Shown: piece by piece, positions 1 through 10,297 of the stretch | How positions within the stretch are numbered: the stretch's first letter is position 1 | Layout of the letters: every line of letters begins with the position of its first letter | IMG/VR virus record: IMGVR_UViG_3300009130_000016 | Span: 1-64,000 of that record | Reading direction: 5' to 3' (one strand) | Source: a virus | Length of the DNA: 64,000 nt | The notes under the pieces: model-generated | Seen by the model: only the letters and a program-made list of their open reading frames with translations | What the model was told of the DNA's origin: nothing | Database searches by the model: none | Program-made: the position numbers and the translations under genes

Positions 1-316
1 TGTCAATCATTGCAAATTCAGTGCATGTAGGATTCCATACTATATAATAATCTGATTGATTATTCTTTTTTCTAATTGGGATATGAATTGTCGGGAAACG
101 GTTTTTAATTGCATCGAAAGGTTTCCTCATCTCATTCTCAAATGAAATACTTTCACCATCCTTCTCAAACATCAAGTCGTACTTTTTGTACTCCTCTTTA
201 TCTATGTCTCCTACTAAATGGTAACCCTTTGGCTCCATCATTTTAACTAAAGCTTCACGGCAAGGCTTATCCATTGTATCATAAGCCTCTTTGTTAAATT
301 TACGCTTTGTCTCCAT
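1..316 (-). CDS. hypothetical protein, possible PD-(D/E)XK nuclease-like; partial, runs off left edge
   Basis: Not in the ORF track. Open frame from ATG at 316: METKRKFNKEAYDTMDKPCRE...YDLMFEKDGESISFENEMRK...FPTIHIPIRK; D...ExExR-like core. Confidence 0.55.
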   Translation of the reverse strand, partial: METKRKFNKEAYDTMDKPCREALVKMMEPKGYHLVGDIDKEEYKKYDLMFEKDGESISFENEMRKPFDAIKNRFPTIHIPIRKKNNQSDYYIVWNPTCTEFAMID

Positions 317-1265
317 TGATTATTTTAATTTTAGTTTCATCAAAAAATTCATTAACAACTGGGGGCTTTGAATCAACGAATCTCATAACTTCATTGAAAT
401 TATCATTAATGTATTCATCTGTCTTTTCACCTTTTTTATACATTATTTTATCTGTGACAACTGATTTACAGTTACCTTTTCTTGAGTCATATATATTACC
501 AAACTCAGGATTGTCAACAAAAGCTATTCCGTTTGATAAAAGAACAACGTTTGATTTTATAGTCAAATTTTGATTTATAGCAGCTGAATCAGATATGTGA
601 AAAACACAATTTGCACATTGAAAAATAGCTACCATCTCACTATAATCATTTGTGCAATCTATTTCTTCATAGTTTTCTCTAAACTTAAGTCCATAAGGAT
701 TTAAAGTAGTGTTAATAACATACATTCCGTTATTTACTAGCTTTTCTATAATCTTATAGTAACTCCTATTGTAATGGCTTGTTCCATTTGTTTTATTATA
801 ATTTCTGGAATTTATCACTACATAAGGCTTTTTGTTTTTATATTTTTCATAATATTCCTCTGAAGATAAACACCAATTAAAATCATCTTTCTGAATTTTA
901 AACTGATTTTCAGTATATGAAAAAGATTCTTTGTATTGGTTTACGATGCTTTTATAACTACTAAGATTTTTTATTATTTTTTTGTCCCTATTATTTTTTG
1001 AAATTAACTCTATTGAATTCAATCTGTTTTGCAATATAGAGGAACTCTCATTATTTATGTTTTCTGAGTTTTTTGTATTTAACTCATCTCCTTCTATTAC
1101 CCATATTTCATCTGCATCAGGAAAACAAGATCTAAACTTGTATTCAGTTTGAATTATTGACTTATTACCTAGATCTTTCTCTTTTTTACAAAGATTATTA
1201 AAATGAGTTATATTGTTAAACTCCTTTTTAATATCAAAAATAAGTGATTGATTGTTATTTTTCAT
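300..1265 (-). CDS. hypothetical protein, possibly GT-B glycosyltransferase-like
   Basis: 321-aa ORF overlapping its neighbours in the sugar operon; weak GT9-like C-terminal pattern. Confidence 0.45.
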   Translation of the reverse strand: MKNNNQSLIFDIKKEFNNITHFNNLCKKEKDLGNKSIIQTEYKFRSCFPDADEIWVIEGDELNTKNSENINNESSSILQNRLNSIELISKNNRDKKIIKNLSSYKSIVNQYKESFSYTENQFKIQKDDFNWCLSSEEYYEKYKNKKPYVVINSRNYNKTNGTSHYNRSYYKIIEKLVNNGMYVINTTLNPYGLKFRENYEEIDCTNDYSEMVAIFQCANCVFHISDSAAINQNLTIKSNVVLLSNGIAFVDNPEFGNIYDSRKGNCKSVVTDKIMYKKGEKTDEYINDNFNEVMRFVDSKPPVVNEFFDETKIKIINGDKA

Positions 1266-2415
1266 ACATAACTTTTTCTATTCTGTAATTGCCGTAACCG
1301 TTTTTAGACCAAAGTATCTTTTTGCCTTTAATTCCATTTGATAATATATCTTGATAAAGACCGTCAACCTCAGAAACTTTATCCCAAAAATCCCCTTTCT
1401 TACAAGAAACTTCCCAGGTTCCAGAAATAGCATCAAACCCTCCTTCTTTAGTCCAAAATTCAGCCCACTTTCCTGATATATTCATTTTGGTAATTGTGGA
1501 CATAACTAAGTTTTCGGAAACAGTATTGTAGGTTTTCAATAACCCTTCCTCTAAATCTGTAAATTTAAAGTAAGGCATTATTTCCATCATCTTTTTATTT
1601 GATACATCTTTTCTAAATTGCCCATCTGGCTTTGATGTATCGAAATCTAACTTAAGATGTTCTGATTTAGTAGCTACCAATGCTTTCTCTGCAATTTCTT
1701 TGATTGATAAGTTTTCAGAAACTGCAACGTTAAAACTATCGTAAATGTCTTTATCCAAACATTCAAATATAACTCTAGCTAAATCATTTGCATGCATAAA
1801 TTGTCTAAGTGGAGTACCTGTACCAAACAAAGGAATAACATCTTCACCGTAAATGTTTGCATTGTGAATCTTTTTTAGAAGAGCTGTTACAAAATGAGCC
1901 TTCTTATCATTTTCAAAGTTATCATGCTCTCCGTATAAATTCGAGGGAGTTAAGTATTGGTATTTGGTTCCATACTGTTGGTTGCAAGCATCAATTTGAA
2001 CTGCCAACGATCTCTTTGAATAACCGTAAGAGAAGTTTGTTTTAGTCGGAGGGCCTAGATGCATATCCTCTTCTTTCATTGGGTAGTTTTCAACTACATC
2101 TGGAAAGATACAAGTGGATAAGATTCCTATAAACCTTTTAACACCATTTTTTCTAGCATAATCCAACAACAACGTATTCATTAAAACATTATCATTGTAA
2201 TAATCGTAAGGTCTTTCTATATTGTCAATTATCCCACCTACCCTAGCTGCTAAGTGAATTATAACATCTGGCTCTAAGTCATAGAACATATTTTTAACAC
2301 CTTGATTTGTCGTTAGATCATAATCAGATGATGATAAATACACAGCATTTGGCAAAATTTTTTTTAGATATTTCCCAACCAAACCTGACCCACCAGTAAC
2401 TACAATATTATTCAT
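1255..2415 (-). CDS. fcl: GDP-L-fucose synthase with about 80-aa C-terminal extension
   Basis: VTGGSGLVG Rossmann motif, HLAARVGGI, STCIFP, YGYSKR (YxxxK), GTGTPLRQFMH, FDTSKPDGQ. Confidence 0.9.
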   Translation of the reverse strand: MNNIVVTGGSGLVGKYLKKILPNAVYLSSSDYDLTTNQGVKNMFYDLEPDVIIHLAARVGGIIDNIERPYDYYNDNVLMNTLLLDYARKNGVKRFIGILSTCIFPDVVENYPMKEEDMHLGPPTKTNFSYGYSKRSLAVQIDACNQQYGTKYQYLTPSNLYGEHDNFENDKKAHFVTALLKKIHNANIYGEDVIPLFGTGTPLRQFMHANDLARVIFECLDKDIYDSFNVAVSENLSIKEIAEKALVATKSEHLKLDFDTSKPDGQFRKDVSNKKMMEIMPYFKFTDLEEGLLKTYNTVSENLVMSTITKMNISGKWAEFWTKEGGFDAISGTWEVSCKKGDFWDKVSEVDGLYQDILSNGIKGKKILWSKNGYGNYRIEKVMYEK

Positions 2416-3068
2416 TATTCTATATTAAATTCATAAGTATCAAATTTTCCGACAACTTCACAAGAATCGAAAATAGATTTAAAAAAATCTTCTTCACTAG
2501 ACAAGGCTTTTTCAATTTGCGTTTTGATAGGAGATATAAGTGTAAAAGATTTAAAGTAGTCTTCGCCAGTATCAACCTGCTCTATCCCATAGACACTATC
2601 GTCAATATCCCCTGGTTTAACATCACCTTTTATAAGACCTATAGTTAATTCAAAGTTACATAAAAATTTGCGACTAGAAAAAAACAAATTTTCTGACTGC
2701 AAGTGCCCTTCTAACAATTTAAAAGAATCTTTATAATAAAAACCTCTGGTATTTAAAATGCAATATCTATCAGCAGATATTTTTGAACCAACAGCCTCTT
2801 TGATACATTCTTTTTGATTGAACTCATCGTCTTCATCTACAGAAATATAAATGTAGTCAATATTGTTTTTCTTACAAAATCTTGAATGTTCTGGGTTTCT
2901 TGACATCTCTACAACAAGATAACCAACGTTTAAACTAGTTTCTTTTGATGCTGCCTCAAAAACGTCAAGCATTAAAGGTGCTAAGTTATAGTCACCACAA
3001 ACAGGTGAAATTAAAACTAGATCATATTCTAAATTCTTAGAATTGTTTTTAAATATAGTTTCATTCAT
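2415..3068 (-). CDS. hypothetical protein, degenerate GT-A-like
   Basis: 217-aa ORF within the operon; loose resemblance to the N-terminal part of 6215..7111. Confidence 0.45.
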   Translation of the reverse strand: MNETIFKNNSKNLEYDLVLISPVCGDYNLAPLMLDVFEAASKETSLNVGYLVVEMSRNPEHSRFCKKNNIDYIYISVDEDDEFNQKECIKEAVGSKISADRYCILNTRGFYYKDSFKLLEGHLQSENLFFSSRKFLCNFELTIGLIKGDVKPGDIDDSVYGIEQVDTGEDYFKSFTLISPIKTQIEKALSSEEDFFKSIFDSCEVVGKFDTYEFNIE

Positions 3069-3072
3069 ATGA

Positions 3073-3876
3073 TTAAATTTTTATCCAACCTTCACAGTAG
3101 ATATCTTTTGTATCGTGGTTTGAAAAAGCTGGACCGAACCAATTAGAAGGTGCTATAACAGTCTTATAAGGATTGTTATTAAGATAAGCAGCCCACCAAG
3201 AAAATGTACTATTACAAATGATATTGTGATCACAAAAGCTCATTGTGTATAAATCTTCAATGTCTGTTTGGTTTTCTACAAAGAAAAACTTTTCTGGCAA
3301 ATCAGGAAAGTTTTGCTTACACCATTCTATATCATCTGAAAATATCATAAAATAACAATCTTTGGGCATTTTTTTAACACCCTTAAGAAAGTATCCCATA
3401 CTCTGAACAGGATGATGATCTTGTATTTTAACATAATCCCCTCTCCTAACATGAATAGAACAAGTTGTATATTCTTTAGTTTTTAGAAAAGGAAACTTAG
3501 CGTATATTCGTTCTCTTGTTTTTTCATCACAAGAAAAAAGTTCAGATATTTCTTTGTCAAATCCTTCGAAATATTTATCCGACTGATAATACCCATGTAA
3601 ATAAACGTCTCCTTCTATTTTAGGTATTTCTGTATAATGAAATCCTGGCTCTACATAGCTTTGTGACTTTAAAACACTAGAGTCTATGTTTATGTTTCTT
3701 AGTATGTTATCTAAATAAACATCAATGCTTCTGTGTATCTGAGTAGAAGTTTGTGGATTAAAAATAGGGCTGTGTCCATTTTTTAAACCATAGGAATAAG
3801 CAGCTGCAATTTGAAACAAATAGTTTCCAAGTCCGCCCATTAAATTAGATGTTATATTATTTACTTTATTTACCAT
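3073..3876 (-). CDS. alpha-1,2-fucosyltransferase (GT11)
   Basis: GGLGNYLFQ, HVRRGDY, FSDDIEWC, NSTFSWWAAYL hallmark motifs. Confidence 0.9.
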   Translation of the reverse strand: MVNKVNNITSNLMGGLGNYLFQIAAAYSYGLKNGHSPIFNPQTSTQIHRSIDVYLDNILRNINIDSSVLKSQSYVEPGFHYTEIPKIEGDVYLHGYYQSDKYFEGFDKEISELFSCDEKTRERIYAKFPFLKTKEYTTCSIHVRRGDYVKIQDHHPVQSMGYFLKGVKKMPKDCYFMIFSDDIEWCKQNFPDLPEKFFFVENQTDIEDLYTMSFCDHNIICNSTFSWWAAYLNNNPYKTVIAPSNWFGPAFSNHDTKDIYCEGWIKI

Positions 3877-4558
3877 TCTTTTTAATTAAAAAGTTGTCCC
3901 AAGGTTTATTTCTCAGTATAGAAGCACGTTTATTATCAACCTCTATTAATTCACCATTATCTTCATCAAATAATTTATAATCATAATCATTGATGAATTC
4001 CATTATGTCAAAAATATCTTTGCCTATTTCAGTAATACAGTCTCCATATTCTATCTGAATATAATCAACAATACCTCTCTCAAGAGATTTTTTCATTCCT
4101 TTTAACACATTAAGCTCAAATCCTTCTGTGTCTATTTTTACAAATTTTACATTGCTAATGTTATTATCATCAATAAAATTGTCGAAAGTTATACAGTCAA
4201 CTTTTTTTTCATTTGTTTTATATTGACTAAAAACTTCACGTTTATTTAAACTGCTCATCCCTTCTACGTCATTGTTAGAATCTTCTAGTTCAAAAAAACT
4301 AACAGTTCCGACCTCATCAGAAACAGCTTTGTTTATAACAGATAAACTTTCAGAACTGTTAAATTTATCTTTCAATAATCCTGTAAATCGATCAGAAGCT
4401 TCAAATAGATAAACTTTGTGATCAGAGCCAAAATGTTCAATTAGAAAATCTGTATAAAAACCTTTATTAGCACCTATATCAAAGAAAGTATAGCTTTCTT
4501 CTTTTATTTGATTTTTTATGTAATTTGCAAAAAATCGTTCTTTTTTAGATATTTCCAT
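3866..4558 (-). CDS. FkbM family SAM-dependent methyltransferase
   Basis: FDIGANKG, KIDTEGFELNVLKG motifs. Confidence 0.9.
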   Translation of the reverse strand: MEISKKERFFANYIKNQIKEESYTFFDIGANKGFYTDFLIEHFGSDHKVYLFEASDRFTGLLKDKFNSSESLSVINKAVSDEVGTVSFFELEDSNNDVEGMSSLNKREVFSQYKTNEKKVDCITFDNFIDDNNISNVKFVKIDTEGFELNVLKGMKKSLERGIVDYIQIEYGDCITEIGKDIFDIMEFINDYDYKLFDEDNGELIEVDNKRASILRNKPWDNFLIKKNGK

Positions 4559-5354
4559 TTTTAAGTATTTTATTCACTACGTAACTTAATCTGTCGTTTA
4601 ATGTAATGTATTTCTGAGCCAATTCAAAATTTCTATCAACCATTTCCTTTTTAGACGAATAGAACTCAGGGGTAATGCTATTACAAGCTTCTAGTATGTC
4701 TTTATGATTGTTTACTAGCAACATACCGTCTGTTTCAAAGAAATCTCCAATGTTTTCACAACCATAGTATATAGGTATCGTTTTTGTAATAAAGCAGTCT
4801 ATTAGTTTCTCTGTAAAGTAATTTCTCTGCCTAGAGTTTTCTATACAGATATGAAATTGAGAATCAAAAACTGGAGTCTTTGTTTCACTTAACACTTTAT
4901 TGTCAAAAGCATTTTCTACACCGCCAAATTTACTTATATAAAAGTCTTTTGGAATTTTAATCTTATTCTGCTTGTAGTGAACTTTTTTTCTAAGCCTATG
5001 ACCTTCCGTAACCTCTTTGTGCCCAGTTATGTTTGACACTTGATAAGTTTTATCTTTTGTTAAATCATAATCAAAAACCCAAGCGGTGCCAAAAGCTAAA
5101 AAGTATGAATTATCACAGTTATCTAAAACCTCTTGATCATAAGTTATTATAGCATCAAAAACTTCTTTATTTTCAATAACATGTTTTTTAAAGTGGATTA
5201 TCTCTTCGGCCTCTTTTAACCACATAATTTTAAAAGAATTAGATTCAGGATTTAATCCAGAGAAGCTGTCAATAAAAAGCTCTACCTTTTTATAAAAATT
5301 TATTTCCAAAGAAGGCCAACTTGAATCGGTGTTACTGTTAAGTATTTGTTTCAT
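4545..5354 (-). CDS. GT10-like alpha-1,3/4-fucosyltransferase
   Basis: ICIENS...NYFTEKLIDCF...IPIYYG GT10 signature. Confidence 0.8.
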   Translation of the reverse strand: MKQILNSNTDSSWPSLEINFYKKVELFIDSFSGLNPESNSFKIMWLKEAEEIIHFKKHVIENKEVFDAIITYDQEVLDNCDNSYFLAFGTAWVFDYDLTKDKTYQVSNITGHKEVTEGHRLRKKVHYKQNKIKIPKDFYISKFGGVENAFDNKVLSETKTPVFDSQFHICIENSRQRNYFTEKLIDCFITKTIPIYYGCENIGDFFETDGMLLVNNHKDILEACNSITPEFYSSKKEMVDRNFELAQKYITLNDRLSYVVNKILKNGNI

Positions 5355-6222
5355 TAAAATAAGTTTTCAATAATTCATATTGACTATTGTCATAATCTAA
5401 CCCATGATCAGTTCCGTAGAAAAGTTTGCAATATAAAGAATATCTCTTTAAAGCCCATTCTACATAACCCCTTGGAGTTTGACCAGGACCTTTTATATGA
5501 AACTTCATACCAGACCCTATGCCTGCAAAGTGAGATAGGTTATCTCCAAAATCCAAGTCTTTACATATATCTCCATAGGAATTAATTCTGTTTCCATTAG
5601 AATCTTGTGCTCCTACTTTTTGAAAATCCAGAAAGAAAGGCTTACCTCCGTTTTTTAGAATATCAAAAGAAACAGGGTCAAAGAAATCCAATATAGGATG
5701 TTTAAGAGGGTTATAAAACCCTACAATCATACTCCTAAGAGTAGGTAAATCATATTTGCTAATTTTGTTTTTATTAAAAGCATAAAAGTAAGTTTGGGAA
5801 ACGTCTTCCAAATCACCAAGGTCACTTCTATTGTTTAAGTTGTGCTTATAACATCTCCTTGGCCCTATTAAATCATATCCCTCTTTTATCTTGCTATCGA
5901 TAAGTGACAAGGATTCTTTTTTAAATATCACATCGCTATCAAAATGTAAAACATAATCAAAACCTTTAGAGTGTTCTAATATTACTTTTGAAAAAATGTG
6001 AGCAGTACCTAAGTGTCCACGTTCAAAGCATGCTTTAAGTTCTAAGTCTTCACTTGAATCTATGTATACTGCATTTTCAAAATCTCCTAAATCTTCAAAA
6101 TCTTTAACAGTTCCAAAAACATGAATTTTAGTGTCTGGATGGTATTTGAAAAAAGTTTCAAGGCACTTTTTTAGTATTAAACCGCAATTGTATGCTTCCG
6201 TAAAAATAAATGTATTATTCAT
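5338..6222 (-). CDS. putative GT-A glycosyltransferase; start probably 6222 (MNNTFIF)
   Basis: HFDSDV DxD motif; ATG at 6222 overlaps the stop of the upstream gene. Confidence 0.6.
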   Translation of the reverse strand: MNNTFIFTEAYNCGLILKKCLETFFKYHPDTKIHVFGTVKDFEDLGDFENAVYIDSSEDLELKACFERGHLGTAHIFSKVILEHSKGFDYVLHFDSDVIFKKESLSLIDSKIKEGYDLIGPRRCYKHNLNNRSDLGDLEDVSQTYFYAFNKNKISKYDLPTLRSMIVGFYNPLKHPILDFFDPVSFDILKNGGKPFFLDFQKVGAQDSNGNRINSYGDICKDLDFGDNLSHFAGIGSGMKFHIKGPGQTPRGYVEWALKRYSLYCKLFYGTDHGLDYDNSQYELLKTYFNETNT

Positions 6223-7111
6223 TAATTCCTTGTTTTTGAATTTCGATGTATTGCTTTCTTCCTTTTTTTCCAAAGTTTCTAAATTGAAGCATGTAGCTCT
6301 CCATTTCCATTAACAAAGGATTTGTTCCAACTGAAGGAGGATGCCACATATGAAACATATCAATTAAAGGACTATCAGCATATGTAACTTCACCTAGTTT
6401 TGTTAAGCACTTATCCCAGAAAATCTGATCTTCAGCAGCATATCCCCAAAATAACTCTGGATCAAACCCACCTATGCTATAGTAAAATTCTCTCTCTACA
6501 AAAATAGAACCACCCTTAGAACCTAAGGCTGGAACTCCGTTATACATAGGCAAGCTAACTTCTTCTGTTTTTTCGCTAAACGAGTCTATGCTAACTTCTT
6601 TGTTTATAACTTTTTTAGTTAAGTTATCTGACATATACAAAACTCTTCTGCCTCCATATGTTTGCATGCACTTAGATTCTCCAAGATTTTCAAAAACTTC
6701 TTCAAAAAAATTTTCTTTTACCAAAATATCTAAATCATGAAGAAGGTAATATTTTGATTTGTTTGAGTATTTAACTCCGAAGTTATATGCAAAACTTCTG
6801 CTATATTGATCGGAAACGTTTCCAGGTGTCCAAATGTAATTGCAATCTATTTTATCTTGGTTTTTTGACTCTATATCATGCTCCACAAATGTTAAGCATA
6901 TTTTTATTTCTGGCCTAACGTTTTTGTAATAATCAATAGCTTTATTGAAAGAGTCTGCTACTGGCTTTATAAATTCAGGCCTACCTCTAAAACCAATTAT
7001 AACATTCACATCATATTCCTCATTTTTATTAATAAGTGATACAATTGAGTTTTTCCTAATATCATTATAAGAGAATCTGTTTAACTCTAAGTTTTCTATA
7101 ATGTCTTTCAT
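6215..7111 (-). CDS. GT2/GT7C galactosyltransferase-like glycosyltransferase
   Basis: RSFAYNFG, HDLD, GGFDPELFWGYAAED, HMWH motifs. Confidence 0.8.
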   Translation of the reverse strand: MKDIIENLELNRFSYNDIRKNSIVSLINKNEEYDVNVIIGFRGRPEFIKPVADSFNKAIDYYKNVRPEIKICLTFVEHDIESKNQDKIDCNYIWTPGNVSDQYSRSFAYNFGVKYSNKSKYYLLHDLDILVKENFFEEVFENLGESKCMQTYGGRRVLYMSDNLTKKVINKEVSIDSFSEKTEEVSLPMYNGVPALGSKGGSIFVEREFYYSIGGFDPELFWGYAAEDQIFWDKCLTKLGEVTYADSPLIDMFHMWHPPSVGTNPLLMEMESYMLQFRNFGKKGRKQYIEIQKQGINE

Positions 7112-7869
7112 CTGTCAAGTTGTTTAAAAGGTTTTTTTTGAAGTATATCTCTATGTATCCTTTCTTGGTGTCTTAAATCCAATCTAAAATCTTGTATTGG
7201 ATTTGAATCGTTGTAGATATAAAGAACTTTTTCGTTATACTTAATTTTGTCGTATCCACATATTTCCATTATAGGGTACATCATAGCTACATCACAAGTC
7301 ATAGAATACCAGGTTCCATCTTCTTCTTTAAAACAAGAAAGATCTGGGTCTTGGTTTAATATCTCATGAAAAGTGAAAGCTTTAAATGTTCTTATGTGAG
7401 AAACATAAAATCTTGCTCCAGGGTTTCTTTTTTTGTTAAACTCTAACTCAGATTCATACTCTTTAGCGTTACCTTCTCTTCCTGACAAATACTTAGCCTG
7501 ACCATACATCATCCAGCAATCATTGTCTTCATAAAAACTATCAATAAAAGTTAAAACTTTTTTGTTTACTAACCAGTCATCTCCGTCTAATTGTACTACA
7601 ATATCATCTGGATCGCAGTGATTAAAAACAGCCCATTGCTGATTATACATTGCTCCCATTCTATTTTCGTTTACAATGTATTCATACTCACAGGTAATTG
7701 TAAAAGTTTGTATTAAGTCGCTTATTACCTTATCGCTATTATCGGTAGATGCGTCATTTACAATAACAACTTTATAATCACTATACCTTTGAGTAAAAGC
7801 TGACATTAAACATTTTTCTATGTATTTCTCAGCATTATAGAACGGTATGACAATTACAAATTTATTCAT
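7108..7869 (-). CDS. glycosyltransferase family 2
   Basis: VIPFYNAEKYI, NDASTD, LDGDD; paralog of 7862..8626. Confidence 0.9.
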   Translation of the reverse strand: MNKFVIVIPFYNAEKYIEKCLMSAFTQRYSDYKVVIVNDASTDNSDKVISDLIQTFTITCEYEYIVNENRMGAMYNQQWAVFNHCDPDDIVVQLDGDDWLVNKKVLTFIDSFYEDNDCWMMYGQAKYLSGREGNAKEYESELEFNKKRNPGARFYVSHIRTFKAFTFHEILNQDPDLSCFKEEDGTWYSMTCDVAMMYPIMEICGYDKIKYNEKVLYIYNDSNPIQDFRLDLRHQERIHRDILQKKPFKQLDR

Positions 7870-8626
7870 TTATCTTGTCAATTTTATTAAATGCTTTCTT
7901 TTGTAATATTTCTGCATGAATATCCCACTGCATTTTTTGCCTAACTCTGTCATCGCTGATAGGGTTTTCTCTATTGTATATGTATAAAGACTTGTCGTTA
8001 TACTTAACTTTATCAAAACCTGCCATTTCCATAATAGGATACATTATAGCAACATCATAAGTGCATCTATAAAACTTTCCATCATTATCTTTCATGCAAG
8101 AAAAACCAGGATCTTGATCTTGAATGTTTTGGTAAAGACCTGCAATGTAAGTTCTGATATGAGACACTCTAAATCCTGTCTCTCTAAGTCTATTAAATTC
8201 CTCTGGACTGTAAGCAGAAGCAACCCCCCTGGTTCCATTAGGGTTTTTGTCAGAGTTCGTCCAAGTAGATTGTCCATACATTATCCAACAATCGTTTTCG
8301 TTATAAAAATCATTGATATATGATAGGACTTTTTTGCTTTGTAGCTTATCGTCACCGTCTACAAGAACAACAATATCGTCAGGTTCACAGTGATCCATTG
8401 TAGCATTGTGAATATTTTCAAGTGCAGTAAGATTAACCCTGTTCTTTATGCATATCACCCTTTCATCACCATGTGGTAATTTATCCCAAGAGTCATCTGT
8501 TGATGCGTCATCAATAAAAATAACTTTAAAGTTATCATATTTTTGTGTCATAATACTATTGACACAACCCTCAATGAATTCACTTGCATTATAGAATGGT
8601 ACTATTATTTTAAAACTGTTGTTCAT
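7862..8626 (-). CDS. glycosyltransferase family 2
   Basis: IVPFYNA, DDASTD, VDGDD; shares SHIRT and DVAxMYPIME with 7108..7869. Confidence 0.9.
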   Translation of the reverse strand: MNNSFKIIVPFYNASEFIEGCVNSIMTQKYDNFKVIFIDDASTDDSWDKLPHGDERVICIKNRVNLTALENIHNATMDHCEPDDIVVLVDGDDKLQSKKVLSYINDFYNENDCWIMYGQSTWTNSDKNPNGTRGVASAYSPEEFNRLRETGFRVSHIRTYIAGLYQNIQDQDPGFSCMKDNDGKFYRCTYDVAIMYPIMEMAGFDKVKYNDKSLYIYNRENPISDDRVRQKMQWDIHAEILQKKAFNKIDKINE

Positions 8627-8707
8627 TTTTGTTTCAGGTTTTAGAATAAGTTATGAAATTTTCATATTACATTCAAGTGCAGTCATGTCTTTTTAAATTT
8701 TTCATTC

Positions 8708-8714
8708 TATTTAT
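8708..8714 (+). promoter_or_regulatory. putative late promoter TATTTAT (representative copy)
   Basis: The same heptamer lies about 10-70 nt upstream of about 25 late/structural genes (see findings). Confidence 0.7.
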
Positions 8715-8743
8715 TAGAAAATCATTAAATCTGACATAAAATT

Positions 8744-9136
8744 ATGGCAACTAATAAGAAAACTATCACAGAAGGAGCGGTTATCAAAATGATCGAAGAA
8801 ACTGCTAAATTCAAAACAGCTAAGAAAGAGATCTGGAAAAAAGCAATTGCTCTTAATGAGGAGTTAAAAACTTTACAAGAAGGTCATCAAGGATTTGCTG
8901 CATCTTTCGGATTCGATACTGCAGGAGATACTTCAAATGTATCTAAAACTGGATTTGTTCAAGACATTGGGCCAATTTCTAGCCTTACCTCTCTTGGTGC
9001 TGAAATTCAAGCTGCAAATGAAGCTGCTATTGCTGCAGAAGCTAAAGCTGCTGAAGATGCTGCTATCAACGAAAACATGGTAGACGTAATCAAAGAATTA
9101 CAAAAAGAAATCGCTAGTCTTAAAGCTGGTAAATAA
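8744..9136 (+). CDS. putative head-associated protein
   Basis: Late promoter; N-terminal ITExxVxKMIEE helix; LNE, LQE and INE candidate cleavage sites; codon usage like the capsid gene. Confidence 0.55.
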   Translation: MATNKKTITEGAVIKMIEETAKFKTAKKEIWKKAIALNEELKTLQEGHQGFAASFGFDTAGDTSNVSKTGFVQDIGPISSLTSLGAEIQAANEAAIAAEAKAAEDAAINENMVDVIKELQKEIASLKAGK

Positions 9137-9158
9137 TAACAACAATAAATAACTCGAA

Positions 9159-10226
9159 ATGGCAAAGTTTACACTAGAGGATATTACAAAGTTGGTTAAC
9201 GAAGAACTTGAAAAATATTCTAAAAAACAAGCATTAATTTCTGAGAAAGCAAAATTAGAGTCTGAGCTTAAAACTCTTTCTGAAGTTGTTGCTGGAAAAG
9301 AAATGCAAAGTGATAAAGATTATCACCAAGGTCAAAAAGAACCTGAATTTGAAAAGAAAGGATCTCACATTCTTGAAGACACTATTGAAGAAGGTGTTGA
9401 GATGATGGTTCAATTCGATGGCAACGATGTTACTTTGGCTGGTACTAAGGTTGGTGAAATGAAAGGTGATGAGTTTTTCCCTGTGGGAGACGAAGACACT
9501 GTTAAAGTGTTTAGTTCACCAAACGTTAAAGCTGTAATCGAAAAAAGATTTATTGGTGGAGAAGAGTCTTCATTCGGTAGAGAAAATGTTGCAGAAATGG
9601 AGCATGATTTTAATGATGCAACAATGGAAGGTAATCAGTTCACTGGTGATGAGATAATCCCAGACATGGCTGACGATGCTTTTGTTGAAGAGCCTAGAAT
9701 GGCAAATGAAACTGAAGATTCAAGAATGAAAAGATTTGACACTGACTTCGAAGGTTTAGGTGACGGTCCAGAATTCGATGCTGAAGAATACAAAGATCCA
9801 ATTCCAGACATGGCTGATCCAATTTCTGTTCCAGAAACAGGGGTTAGTGATGAAGAGTCAGTTAAAGCTGAACTTCCAACTTGGATGATGGGAGAAAATG
9901 AAATGGAAGAAGAGGTGGATTTAGATGCACAAATCAAAGAGGATCTTGAAGAAATGATGGAGCCTGAAATGGCCGAAGAAATCTCTGAAACAATTTCTGA
10001 AATGGACGGAGAAAAAGATGATAACGAAATCAACCCTGCTGATTACTCTGGATTAGGTGAAGGAGAGGTTAACGAAGAAGTTAATGAAAATGAGGAAGAA
10101 GGAGAATTCGAAGAAACTTTTTACGAGTCTGTAATTGACAAAAGAAGAAAAAGTATCATGTCTGAATCTATGTTAAAAAGAATGAAAGTTCTTTCTGGAC
10201 AAAGTAAAAGATGGGATAGAGAATAA
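9159..10226 (+). CDS. acidic putative internal head/core protein
   Basis: Very E/D-rich; N-terminal LEDITKLVNEE; C-terminal SESMLKRMKVLSG resembles the scaffold C-terminus. Confidence 0.6.
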   Translation: MAKFTLEDITKLVNEELEKYSKKQALISEKAKLESELKTLSEVVAGKEMQSDKDYHQGQKEPEFEKKGSHILEDTIEEGVEMMVQFDGNDVTLAGTKVGEMKGDEFFPVGDEDTVKVFSSPNVKAVIEKRFIGGEESSFGRENVAEMEHDFNDATMEGNQFTGDEIIPDMADDAFVEEPRMANETEDSRMKRFDTDFEGLGDGPEFDAEEYKDPIPDMADPISVPETGVSDEESVKAELPTWMMGENEMEEEVDLDAQIKEDLEEMMEPEMAEEISETISEMDGEKDDNEINPADYSGLGEGEVNEEVNENEEEGEFEETFYESVIDKRRKSIMSESMLKRMKVLSGQSKRWDRE

Positions 10227-10241
10227 TCATATTTTTAGATC

Positions 10242-10279
10242 ACAAAAAAGGCATCAATTTTAAAATTGATGCCTTTTTG
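10242..10279. terminator. bidirectional rho-independent terminator
   Basis: AAAAAGGCATCAATTT / AAATTGATGCCTTTTT inverted repeat between convergent genes. Confidence 0.85.
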
Positions 10280-10297
10280 TTTTAATGTAGTCTCAGA

